Below, piece after piece: positions 19,717-28,369 of a stretch of DNA of 64,000 nucleotides. Position 1 is the first letter of the stretch, and every line of letters begins with the position of its first letter. Made by a program: the position numbers and the translations under genes. The DNA comes from Candidatus Zixiibacteriota bacterium (lineage in GTDB: Bacteria; Zixibacteria; MSB-5A5; GN15; JAAZOE01), in the NCBI GenBank assembly GCA_043819555.1, contig JBDREQ010000003.1:32001-96000 (forward strand). The letters are read 5' to 3'. The notes beneath the pieces are model-generated. The model saw only the letters and a program-made list of their open reading frames with translations, had not been told where the DNA came from and searched no databases.

Positions 19717-20532
19717 ATGGATAATTCTATGTCCAGAGAAGAGTTGAAATACCAGGCATTGGCCAGTGTCGCCATTGCCGCCACCGAAGGAATGGCGGTT
19801 GATATGGCGGCCAGGCGAGGCCTTGCGGCGGCTATGAGATATATTGAGCTGAACGCAGGAGCTATGCTTCTCTGGGATGAAAATGGCGAGATTACTGTCA
19901 AAGCAGTTGAAGCAAATCTGATAGAAGATAAACAGACCTTGCTTGACGCAGAAGAGAATATTCTCAATACCCTCCGCAAAGACCACAAACTCGGACAGGC
20001 GTACATGGAATTCGGGGGAGAGGCGGAAAAATCTATATTTTCGGTCCCTCTCGAAATTGGAAATACTCAGTTTGGAGCTGTAATCGGAATCAAGTATGGC
20101 AAAGCGCATTTGCATGAGCACAATGACTTCCTAAAAAGCCTGGCGGCGGTGATGGCGCTTGCGGCCGGACCCAGAGGAATCGGAGAAGGCATGCCGATCG
20201 ATGAGGTCACCAAAAAAGTATCCTCAGAAAGAAACGCGGCCCGGGTTGAGCTGGCGGTTGCCGTCAATCATCATATCAACAATCCCCTGACGGCCCTGTT
20301 GGGTAATCTTCAACTTCTGAACCTCAAACATCATGATTTGCCCGAAGATGTGCAGAAAAGACTGGAAGTGATTGAAAGCTCCGCCCGGCAAATCAGCGAA
20401 GTAACCAAGCGGCTGATGTCGGCCAGCCAGGCTGAAACAATCGAATATATCAACGGCCTCAAAATGACGGATTTTTTTGGTGAAGGAAAGGAAAATAATA
20501 ATATCGCTGACGGGGATAATAAGGAAGAATAA
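19717..20532 (+). CDS. GAF-like plus HisKA phosphoacceptor domain protein, no HATPase domain
   Basis: H-box AVNHHINNPLTALLG; protein ends about 80 aa later with no N/G boxes. Confidence 0.7.
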   Translation: MDNSMSREELKYQALASVAIAATEGMAVDMAARRGLAAAMRYIELNAGAMLLWDENGEITVKAVEANLIEDKQTLLDAEENILNTLRKDHKLGQAYMEFGGEAEKSIFSVPLEIGNTQFGAVIGIKYGKAHLHEHNDFLKSLAAVMALAAGPRGIGEGMPIDEVTKKVSSERNAARVELAVAVNHHINNPLTALLGNLQLLNLKHHDLPEDVQKRLEVIESSARQISEVTKRLMSASQAETIEYINGLKMTDFFGEGKENNNIADGDNKEE

Positions 20533-20571
20533 AGCACTCATCATTCTACCCCTCCTCTCATCCATGTTTGG

Positions 20572-20598
20572 AAAAGCCGGTTCCCCACCGGCTTTTTT
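20572..20598 (+). terminator. Intrinsic terminator, probably bidirectional
   Basis: AAAAGCCGGT-tcccc-ACCGGCTTTTTT. Confidence 0.75.
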
Positions 20599-20618
20599 AT
20601 AATCTTCCCCGCTGGCAT

Positions 20619-20830
20619 TTAATCGGTATGGTCAATATACCAAAAATAATACTTTCCTGAGTCGGCTGAATTAGGAGGTTGTTGGCTTGAACAGAATATA
20701 ATCCGGTTGTTATCCCACGAGAGTGAAGTCCCGCCACCGTGTACATCGCCGGTATAAGCAATAATTTCCGGCTCGGATAATTCGTTGCCGTTTTTGAATT
20801 TCCAATCATACTTTCCCAGCCATTAGGATT
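20619..20830 (-). pseudogene. Possible gene remnant (beta-propeller/PD40-like C-terminal fragment)
   Basis: Unlisted frame reads WKFKNGNELSEPEIIAYTGDVHGGGTSLSWDNNRIIFCSS...YFWYIDHTD-stop, with no start of its own. Confidence 0.3.
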
Positions 20831-21468
20831 AATTTAAATTTTGACACTAAAGGTTTTCGCTCGGCAAATTCCAATTGTTCGCGCTTGGTCGGCTTCCTGG
20901 ATGATTTTATATAGCTTACTCCTATCGAATCAGGATTGGCTTCCTTAAGGGAGTCTTTGCGCTGCCTCTCGTAATATTCGCGCTCTAATCTTCGTTTGGT
21001 GCTATCTGCCAATCGATCAAATGCTCGTGCTGGAATTTGTTTTACCGGCTTGCCCAAATACATCTCCACCGTATCCCCGGTCGTGACAAACCATAAATCA
21101 GTGGCATTCCAATGGCCTTTAGTACCATCAATAGAAAGATCAATCGCCGACGTGTCATTAGGCGGCAGTGTGATATCGAGGATAAATTCGAGCTCTTCCT
21201 CAATTTTACATTCAAAAGTGAACGGATTTTCGCCATGATATTCCAGTCCATTTATGACATCCACCGTTATAGTCATTGTTTCGTTCATCCAAAAGTGTGT
21301 AAAAGTGAATTTCAGCTGGGCCGGACCAACCGTCAACGGTTTTGTAATCGGTTCCAACTTGAAATCAAGCGGGTAAACATGTTTTGAAGACTGAGAAAAA
21401 CATTGCCCGGCCATCACACCGTAAGCAATGATTGTCACTACTAAAATCTTAATCAATGAACTTCGCAT
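20806..21468 (-). CDS. Secreted hypothetical protein, paralog A (possibly truncated)
   Basis: Signal peptide and GGAGGG RBS; paralogous to 21542-22105. Confidence 0.7.
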   Translation of the reverse strand: MRSSLIKILVVTIIAYGVMAGQCFSQSSKHVYPLDFKLEPITKPLTVGPAQLKFTFTHFWMNETMTITVDVINGLEYHGENPFTFECKIEEELEFILDITLPPNDTSAIDLSIDGTKGHWNATDLWFVTTGDTVEMYLGKPVKQIPARAFDRLADSTKRRLEREYYERQRKDSLKEANPDSIGVSYIKSSRKPTKREQLEFAERKPLVSKFKLILMAGKV

Positions 21469-21639
21469 AACCCCTCCTTGTTTTAACTATAAATATTATA
21501 CAAAAATCTCATGTAATATTCCAAAAGAAAATCTGTTGTCATCATTGTACTCCTATCGAATCAGGATTGGCTTCCTTAAGGTAGTCTTTGCGCTGCCTCT
21601 CGTAATATTCGCGCTCTAATCTTCGTTTGGTACTATCTG
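20917..21639. repeat. 92-bp near-identical direct repeat (20917-21008 and 21548-21639)
   Basis: 2 mismatches in 92 bp by manual alignment. Confidence 0.9.
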
Positions 21640-22105
21640 GCATACGGTCTCGAAGTGGGATTGTTAATCTTGATGGAGCCACCGGCTTGCCCAGATACAT
21701 CTCCACCGTATCGCCGGTCGTGACAAACCACAAATCAGTTCCATACCATAAAATCCTTTCACCATGAATATTGAGATGAATTGAAGATGTGTCGTTGGGC
21801 GGTAATGTAATATCAAGAATAAATTCGCGCTCTTCCTCTATTTTGCCCTCAAAACTAAACGGATTCTCGCCGTGATATACAAGCCCATTGATAACATCAA
21901 CCATTATTGTCATTGTCTCATTCTCCCAAAAGGGAGTGATTGTGAACTTTAGCTGAGCCGGACCGACCGTTAATGGTTTTGTGATCGGTTCAAGCTTGAA
22001 ATCATGAGAGTAAACGTATTTTGAAGACTGAGAAAAACATTGCCCGGCCAAAGCGCCGCACATGACAACCGCCCATATCAAAATCTTAATGTTTGAGATT
22101 TTCAT
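21542..22105 (-). CDS. Secreted hypothetical protein, paralog B (possibly truncated)
   Basis: Signal peptide and GGAGGG RBS; ends immediately after the tract shared with paralog A. Confidence 0.7.
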   Translation of the reverse strand: MKISNIKILIWAVVMCGALAGQCFSQSSKYVYSHDFKLEPITKPLTVGPAQLKFTITPFWENETMTIMVDVINGLVYHGENPFSFEGKIEEEREFILDITLPPNDTSSIHLNIHGERILWYGTDLWFVTTGDTVEMYLGKPVAPSRLTIPLRDRMPDSTKRRLEREYYERQRKDYLKEANPDSIGVQ

Positions 22106-22256
22106 CTCCCCTCCTTAGTGATATTCTTTAAGTAGCTAATATAATAACGAATATTGATACTATTCAGTCAAATCGAATTTGAAAATTTCTCAAATTTCCA
22201 ACATTAATGCACGAAAATCGGTGGACAAGGATTTTGGTATCGTATAGATTGTAATC

Positions 22257-22799
22257 ATGGCAACCTTAGATTATAATCAAATGGTTCGGGCGATGACGTC
22301 CTGCGACGCAACTCAGGATGGAAAATTCTATGTCGGCGTGATATCGACCGGGATCTATTGCCTGCCGTCATGTCCGGCGCGGATTCCGCTTCTGAAAAAC
22401 GTTGTTTTCTTTGATAGCCGGGAAGAAGCAATCGCAGCTGGCTTTCGAGGATGCAAACGGTGCAAATCGGAAAGCTATCCAGATGTCCTGCCGGGATGGC
22501 TGCATGCCTTGATTGAATATATGACAGAGCAGAAAAAAGAACGCCTGACTGAACAGACACTTATGAAAATTACCGGTGTCGATATTTCGACCATCAGGCG
22601 GCATTTCAACAATCATCTCAGCATAACACCGTTGGCGTTTCATCGAAAACTCAGGCTCAATCATGCCCGGCACCTGATTGAACACGGAAGCGATTATCTC
22701 TCGGCGGCCTATGAATGCGGATGGGAATCATCGAGTGCGTTTCGAGAGGCATTCGATAATCAGTTTGGATTTCCGCCGGGGAGGATTAATGCTCGCTAA
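22257..22799 (+). CDS. adaA: Ada-type methylphosphotriester-DNA alkyltransferase / AraC regulator
   Basis: TGIYCLPSC..R and GFRGCKRC zinc site; AraC HTH. Confidence 0.88.
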   Translation: MATLDYNQMVRAMTSCDATQDGKFYVGVISTGIYCLPSCPARIPLLKNVVFFDSREEAIAAGFRGCKRCKSESYPDVLPGWLHALIEYMTEQKKERLTEQTLMKITGVDISTIRRHFNNHLSITPLAFHRKLRLNHARHLIEHGSDYLSAAYECGWESSSAFREAFDNQFGFPPGRINAR

Positions 22800-23322
22800 T
22801 CAAATCGTATATACCGAGTTTCCCAGTCCGATGGGGGATATGATTGCCGGCGCGACGGACAATGGCGTCTGTTTTCTTGAATGGCAAGATCGCGGCGGAG
22901 TCGAACGGATATTCAAAAGAGTTACCAAGCGATACAAATCCGAACCAGTCGCTGATAAAAACAATAATCCGCATTTGGCCAAACTGCAATCAGAACTCGA
23001 ATCGTATTTTGATGGCACGTTAAGAAAATTCAAAGTCAAAATGGATGTGACCGGAACGCCATTTGAAAAATCTGTCTGGGAACAGCTTCTCAATATTCCA
23101 TACGGCCAGACCCGATCATACGCCCAGATTGCTCAAGCTATCGGGAAACCTCAGGCGGTGCGGGCGGTCGGACGCGCCAACGGAGCCAATTATCTGGCGA
23201 TTGTGATTCCGTGCCATCGGGTAATTACATCGGCCGGGACATTGGGAGGATACGGTGGAAAAATCTGGCGCAAAAAACGGTTGCTGAATCTCGAATCCGG
23301 CGCAGAAGATCTTTGGGAATAG
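22789..23322 (+). CDS. ogt: Methylated-DNA-protein-cysteine methyltransferase
   Basis: IPCHRV active site; RAVG.ANG.N. Confidence 0.92.
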   Translation: MLANQIVYTEFPSPMGDMIAGATDNGVCFLEWQDRGGVERIFKRVTKRYKSEPVADKNNNPHLAKLQSELESYFDGTLRKFKVKMDVTGTPFEKSVWEQLLNIPYGQTRSYAQIAQAIGKPQAVRAVGRANGANYLAIVIPCHRVITSAGTLGGYGGKIWRKKRLLNLESGAEDLWE

Positions 23323-23332
23323 GTATCGATTC

Positions 23333-23767
23333 CGTCGGGTTACATTTTCGCAATGCGAATTCAGAACCTGACGCCACAGTAAGAAGTTATCCACATAATT
23401 TTTCATAAAATTCCGTGTAATGTTATGTCTACATTATGGTTAAAGCGAATTGGGTTCGTTTTGTCGTTTTTAAAGTTTCGTTGTTCCAATCTCCTCGATT
23501 TAAAGATTAACCATTGGCGTCTGTTAATTGGGAATAATTCTGAAATAACGATGGTTTTGATGATTAATTGCAAATGCTCCACGCGGGAACCCACCCGAAA
23601 AAATGCTACGCTTATTTTTCGGACGGGCCACCGGTTATAATTGCAATTAGAATTATTCGTGTGAGCATAAAACGAAACCTCCTAATGCCCCCATTAGGTT
23701 TATTCGCGAGTCACGCGCATGGCTGGAGCCCTTCAGGCTCCATCCTTATAAGGCTGTGGGCCACCCG
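23333..23767 (-). repeat. Cluster of GTGG-headed REP-like palindromes
   Basis: Hairpins at 23333-23377, 23590-23632 and 23740-23767, each ending in CCAC on the + strand. Confidence 0.5.
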
Positions 23768-23776
23768 ACAGTTGTC

Positions 23777-24340
23777 TTACACAAGATTTTTGGCAAGCGA
23801 TTTAATATCATGGGATATCATAAAATCAGTCTCTGCTGATTGAGCAAACATTATATAAGCTATATCAAGTTCTTTACCATAAATGCTCGAGATATTTTTT
23901 CCAAATTCCCAAAATAAGGTGCCCTTTGGACTGTCATCATCTTTATTAATCAATTCCGCGTATCCAGAGTATTCAGCAACCGCATTATTATAATTTTCCA
24001 GGCATTCATCTACAATTTTAGATTTTGTTTGTTCAGGCCAATCTTTGCATATCGTATTTACGGTTAAAAGTATTGCTTTATAAATGATTCCATCCATGAT
24101 TTCAAACCTTTTAGAAGTATCCTTTATATATACCGATAAAAACCTGTCTAAAAGATGCACATTTATAAATATATATTCAAAAATAATGCGGAACCATATT
24201 TCATCTCCAATCCTTGGAGCATCATCTTTTGTTTTATTTTCGATTTGGAAAATGCTATTAGTAGTATTAACCGCAAATTCTACCAATTCAAAAATAAATT
24301 TTTTAATTAGCTTATCCTTCTTTATCCTAAATAAAACCAT
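23777..24340 (-). CDS. Hypothetical protein (AT-rich)
   Basis: 187-aa ORF in AT-rich DNA; no recognised motif; start uncertain. Confidence 0.6.
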   Translation of the reverse strand: MVLFRIKKDKLIKKFIFELVEFAVNTTNSIFQIENKTKDDAPRIGDEIWFRIIFEYIFINVHLLDRFLSVYIKDTSKRFEIMDGIIYKAILLTVNTICKDWPEQTKSKIVDECLENYNNAVAEYSGYAELINKDDDSPKGTLFWEFGKNISSIYGKELDIAYIMFAQSAETDFMISHDIKSLAKNLV

Positions 24341-24404
24341 TATACAGCCAAAATTCTCTAAAGTCTAGGAACGTACATCTCTTCATAAATATCGATTTCA
24401 GATC

Positions 24405-24641
24405 CTAATCTTTCATGTTTGGATTAAATCTTCCGTCGGTATCTATGAATTTATAAAAATAATCTTTTTCAGCTTTATTAGTTTTTTCCTTAATTCTATG
24501 GGCTTGATGCAGAGCCTCATAATCTTTAGGTTCAAGTAGCTCGCCTGGTTTCAAGGGCTCTTTTCGAATAAATTTCATATATTCTTGGGAAGCTCTTTCA
24601 GCTTCTGCAATAAGTATTAAATGGTGTTCATGATTATACAT
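24405..24641 (-). CDS. Hypothetical protein
   Basis: 78-aa ORF with GGGAGGG RBS. Confidence 0.6.
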   Translation of the reverse strand: MYNHEHHLILIAEAERASQEYMKFIRKEPLKPGELLEPKDYEALHQAHRIKEKTNKAEKDYFYKFIDTDGRFNPNMKD

Positions 24642-24704
24642 TTTCCCTCCCTTATTTCAGTTCTCAATTGTGAAATCTAATAATATGTTTCATGTTTCCC
24701 CCCC

Positions 24705-26240
24705 TCACAACCACAAACTCCGATCTAACGAACGGTAGCCGATGGCTTCGGCGATGTGGGGTGTATCAATATTCTCGGTGTCTTCGAGATCGGCGATCGT
24801 GCGAGCAACTTTTAAGATGCGATCATAGGCGCGGGCGGAAAGGCCCTGTTTGGTGATGGCCAGATTGAGAAGCGATTTGCCTTTTTCATCAATTGTGCAA
24901 ATTTCGCGTATTTTCTGCGATTCAAGATGCGCGTTGCAATATACACCGTTCATGTCTTTATATCGTTCAAGCTGTTTCTGGCGGGCGTTGTTTACCCGTT
25001 TTCGGATTATTTTGGATTTTTCACCGCATGCATCGGATGACAAATCTTTGAAATTAACGGCCGGGATTTCGATATGAATATCAATACGATCCATCAACGG
25101 CCCGGAAAGCTTGGACATATACTTTTGAATTAACATCGGACTGCAGGTGCAATCGTGATTACTGTCGCCGTGGTATCCGCATGGACAGGGATTCATTGCC
25201 GCCGCCAGCATGAAATTGGCCGGATACGAAAGCGACATAGCCGCGCGCGCAATCGTCACACGGCCGTCTTCGAGAGGCTGGCGCATAACTTCAAGCACCT
25301 CCCGGCGAAACTCGGCGATTTCATCGAGGAATAAGACGCCGTGATGAGCCAGCGATACTTCGCCCGGCTTTGGGAAAGTTCCTCCGCCTATCAACCCGGC
25401 GTTTGAAATCGTGTGATGCGGATCGCGGAAGGGGCGAGTTGCCACGAGGGGAGTATCTTTGGGAAGTCTTCCGGCGACAGAATGAATCTTGGTCGTTTCC
25501 AGCGCTTCATCAAGAGTCATATTCGGGAGAATAGTCGGCATGCGGCGGGCCAGCATGGTTTTGCCGGAACCGGGGGGACCGACCATAATGATATTGTGCC
25601 CTCCGGCGGCGGCGACTTCGAGCGACCGCTTGGCGGTTTCCTGGCCGCGCACATCGGAGAAATCGACATCGTATACTCGGGAATCTTCAAAGACCGAATT
25701 GATATCAATCTCGTACGGCTTAATATCGAGAGAACCTTCGAGGAATCCGATAGTATCGGTCAGTGATTTGACCGGATAAATTTTGACCCCCTGAGCCATT
25801 GCCGCTTCTTTGGCGTTTTGGACGGGGACGATCATTTTGCCGCTTCCGTTTTTTGAGGCATGGATAGCCATCGGTAGCATACCATGCACTGGGCGGATTT
25901 GTCCGTCGAGAGCCAGTTCGCCGACAACAACAAAATCGTCATAGTTGTCGCGGAGGATTTGGCCGGTAGCTCCGAGGATGCCGACGGCGATGGGAAGGTC
26001 GAAGCCGGAACCTTCTTTTTTTATATCAGCCGGGGCGAGGTTGATCGTTATTTTTTTGGCCGGAAAGACAAAATCGGAATTTTTGATAGCCGATTGAACG
26101 CGCTCTTTTGATTCCTTGACGGCGGCATCGGGCAGCCCGACGGTCGCGAATGAGGGCAGCATTTGCTGGACATCGGCTTCAACTTCGACAGTATAGGCGT
26201 CGATTCCGGCGGTAGCCGCTGAAATTATTTTGGCAAGCAC
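24705..26240 (-). CDS. comM: YifB/ComM family Mg-chelatase-like AAA ATPase
   Basis: VGLPD.AVKES; GPPGSGKTM; PGEVSLAHHGVLFLDE; LSARAYDRILKVARTIADL. Confidence 0.93.
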   Translation of the reverse strand: MLAKIISAATAGIDAYTVEVEADVQQMLPSFATVGLPDAAVKESKERVQSAIKNSDFVFPAKKITINLAPADIKKEGSGFDLPIAVGILGATGQILRDNYDDFVVVGELALDGQIRPVHGMLPMAIHASKNGSGKMIVPVQNAKEAAMAQGVKIYPVKSLTDTIGFLEGSLDIKPYEIDINSVFEDSRVYDVDFSDVRGQETAKRSLEVAAAGGHNIIMVGPPGSGKTMLARRMPTILPNMTLDEALETTKIHSVAGRLPKDTPLVATRPFRDPHHTISNAGLIGGGTFPKPGEVSLAHHGVLFLDEIAEFRREVLEVMRQPLEDGRVTIARAAMSLSYPANFMLAAAMNPCPCGYHGDSNHDCTCSPMLIQKYMSKLSGPLMDRIDIHIEIPAVNFKDLSSDACGEKSKIIRKRVNNARQKQLERYKDMNGVYCNAHLESQKIREICTIDEKGKSLLNLAITKQGLSARAYDRILKVARTIADLEDTENIDTPHIAEAIGYRSLDRSLWL

Positions 26241-26465
26241 AAATAATCTTTTAGTTATAGGGTTTATCAATTATAATATGTCAATTACGGTTTGCCAATT
26301 AAATTTTAGTCTTCTTCTTTTAAATGTGATATCAGGAAATTGAAAGGTTTTTTAATTTTGGCTTGGAGAAATAACAGTAAATTAGACTTGCCAATCGCTG
26401 CCTCGGGGGATATTATAATACTGAATTTGACGGCACTTTTTGGATAACCTTTTGTATAATAGGCT

Positions 26466-27716
26466 ATGATGAATAAAGATAACAGGCATATAGGGATAAC
26501 GGTTTCGTTTTTGGCGGCTCTCTCATTGACGATATTCGGCGCGGTCGGATGCGAGGATCCTGGTCCGGCCGGAACACGAATAATCTATGACAGAGTGGAA
26601 GTTCTCAGTTCCAATACCGCTCCGCCGATGAATGATCCCCAGAGTGATATCTGGGATGAAGCGGCGCGGTGTTTTATTAAATACGGTGAAGTCAACGCCG
26701 ATTATGTTTCTGAGCAAGCGTTAGATTGGGTAGAGATTCGAGCAATTAAGGCCGCCGGCCGGCTTTACCTGATGGCGGAATGGAGCGATGACAGTTACAG
26801 CGCTTATCCGGAGTTTATTGAGCATCATCGTGATAGTCTATATGTTCCTATCAGTGATACGTCGGTCGTTATTGTACTTGATACTTTTACGGTCACGGAT
26901 ACGATTGATGATGTTATAACAATTGATACCTTTTTGCTCACTTACCTTGATACTTCCTGGGTTCAACAGTCGAGATTTATTAGGCAATACACTGGTACTA
27001 ATCCCGATGACAGCGGCGTCTATCAGGATTCGATAATTTCCAATGCCGGGCGCGATCAGGATCGGATTGCCATTATATGGGATATGGGGAGTAACGGAAC
27101 CGAAAAGGCCGATTGCGCGATTATGTGTCATGATGCCGGTGATACATCCATTTTGGGTCACCGGATGTTTACTAATAACGCCGGGTTTGTCGATGTCTGG
27201 CATTGGCAGTCGGCCAAAACCGATCCGGCCTTTTTGGCCAGTGATGAATATTGGAGCGACCAAGGCCGTGTATCCGATGGAATTCTCAGTCCGATATTCG
27301 AATCCAATTTTGATACGATACTTGAACAGCCAATTTATATGCATCCCGATGATGCTACTCATCCGACAGAAACATTTGTTCATGACCGGTTTATTCATAA
27401 GGATGAAGCTGTGCCCTTCTTATCGGTGGCTGATGGCATACCGTGGCAGGATGGTTATAAGATCCCGGGATTTATTGTCGATGATAACGCTTCCGGTTCG
27501 GTGGCCGACGTTTCGAGTTTTTCACGGTTTACGATGACTTTAGGGACGGAGCACTGGACGGTGATAATGAGCCGGGAATTGACGACCGGTAATGATGATG
27601 ATATTGAATTTGGGGCGATTCAACCCGGTGATTCGGTTCAGGTGTCGATTGCCGTGATGGACAATGCCGACCGGTTGCATGCCGGTTCGAAACCATTTTA
27701 TATAGTTTTTCCGTAA
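26466..27716 (+). CDS. Lipoprotein with ethylbenzene-dehydrogenase-gamma-like (heme-binding DOMON) domain and CxxxCH motif
   Basis: Lipobox AVGC; LYLMAEW.D, DQDRIAI.W, CAIMCH, DVWHW, W.V.M.R.L.TG, AVMDN...H. Confidence 0.7.
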   Translation: MMNKDNRHIGITVSFLAALSLTIFGAVGCEDPGPAGTRIIYDRVEVLSSNTAPPMNDPQSDIWDEAARCFIKYGEVNADYVSEQALDWVEIRAIKAAGRLYLMAEWSDDSYSAYPEFIEHHRDSLYVPISDTSVVIVLDTFTVTDTIDDVITIDTFLLTYLDTSWVQQSRFIRQYTGTNPDDSGVYQDSIISNAGRDQDRIAIIWDMGSNGTEKADCAIMCHDAGDTSILGHRMFTNNAGFVDVWHWQSAKTDPAFLASDEYWSDQGRVSDGILSPIFESNFDTILEQPIYMHPDDATHPTETFVHDRFIHKDEAVPFLSVADGIPWQDGYKIPGFIVDDNASGSVADVSSFSRFTMTLGTEHWTVIMSRELTTGNDDDIEFGAIQPGDSVQVSIAVMDNADRLHAGSKPFYIVFP

Positions 27717-27738
27717 ATAAAAATATTAGATATTAAAG

Positions 27739-27767
27739 GGCGCGCCAAAAAAACGCGCCTTTTTTTT
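27739..27767 (+). terminator. Intrinsic terminator
   Basis: GGCGCG/CGCGCC stem followed by T8. Confidence 0.7.
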
Positions 27768-27789
27768 GGAAATTTATGGAGAATAATAA

Positions 27790-28242
27790 TTGAGTCGTGC
27801 TCCCTTTCAGGTTTTGGTATTTCCATATCGGTTATTGCCCAATGGTGAGATTTATTACGCTCTCTTCAGGCGAGAAGAATCGACGGGAGGTTACTGGCAG
27901 GGTATTGCCGGGGGTGGTGAAAGCGGCGAAAGTCACCTTCAGGCCGCAATGCGAGAAGCGAAAGAAGAGGCCGGGATTGATCCCGAGAATGAATTCGTGA
28001 AGCTCGAAAGCCGGGCAATGATCCCTGCCAAAGATATTTGCGGTTTAATCTGGGGGGATAATGTTACCGAAATTCCCGAATTCTGTTTTGGACTAGGGAT
28101 CGATAAAGAAAAGTTAGTTCTATCAGATGAGCATTCTGAATACTGCTGGGTTGATTATACTCAAGGCATGAGATTACTACATTGGGAAAGCAATAAGAAG
28201 GCGCTTGAAGAACTATACAATATACTTCGTACGACTCTTTGA
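27790..28242 (+). CDS. NUDIX hydrolase (NudB-like)
   Basis: WQGIAGG.E.GE...AA.REAKEE.G Nudix box; LSDEHSEY.W. Confidence 0.88.
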   Translation: MSRAPFQVLVFPYRLLPNGEIYYALFRREESTGGYWQGIAGGGESGESHLQAAMREAKEEAGIDPENEFVKLESRAMIPAKDICGLIWGDNVTEIPEFCFGLGIDKEKLVLSDEHSEYCWVDYTQGMRLLHWESNKKALEELYNILRTTL

Positions 28243-28369
28243 TTTTCAGACCTATTTCAATATCCCTCAATATGGATGAAACGGTCGGATAAAAGCTGCC
28301 GCTTGCGCATAAGTTTTTCGGTGCGTATATTATTAATGATTAAAATCGAATGACAAATTTGGAGGCAAA

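Noticed and set aside
20917..21639. Diversity-generating retroelement TR/VR pair
   Set aside because: Only two mismatches, not at adenines of one strand; both copies are coding; no reverse transcriptase in the window
23387..23445. oriC or dif site (perfect DnaA box TTATCCACA at 23387-23395; dif-like TTATG..TAAA nearby)
   Set aside because: A single DnaA box only, and the XerC/XerD arm spacing does not fit the 11-6-11 dif layout
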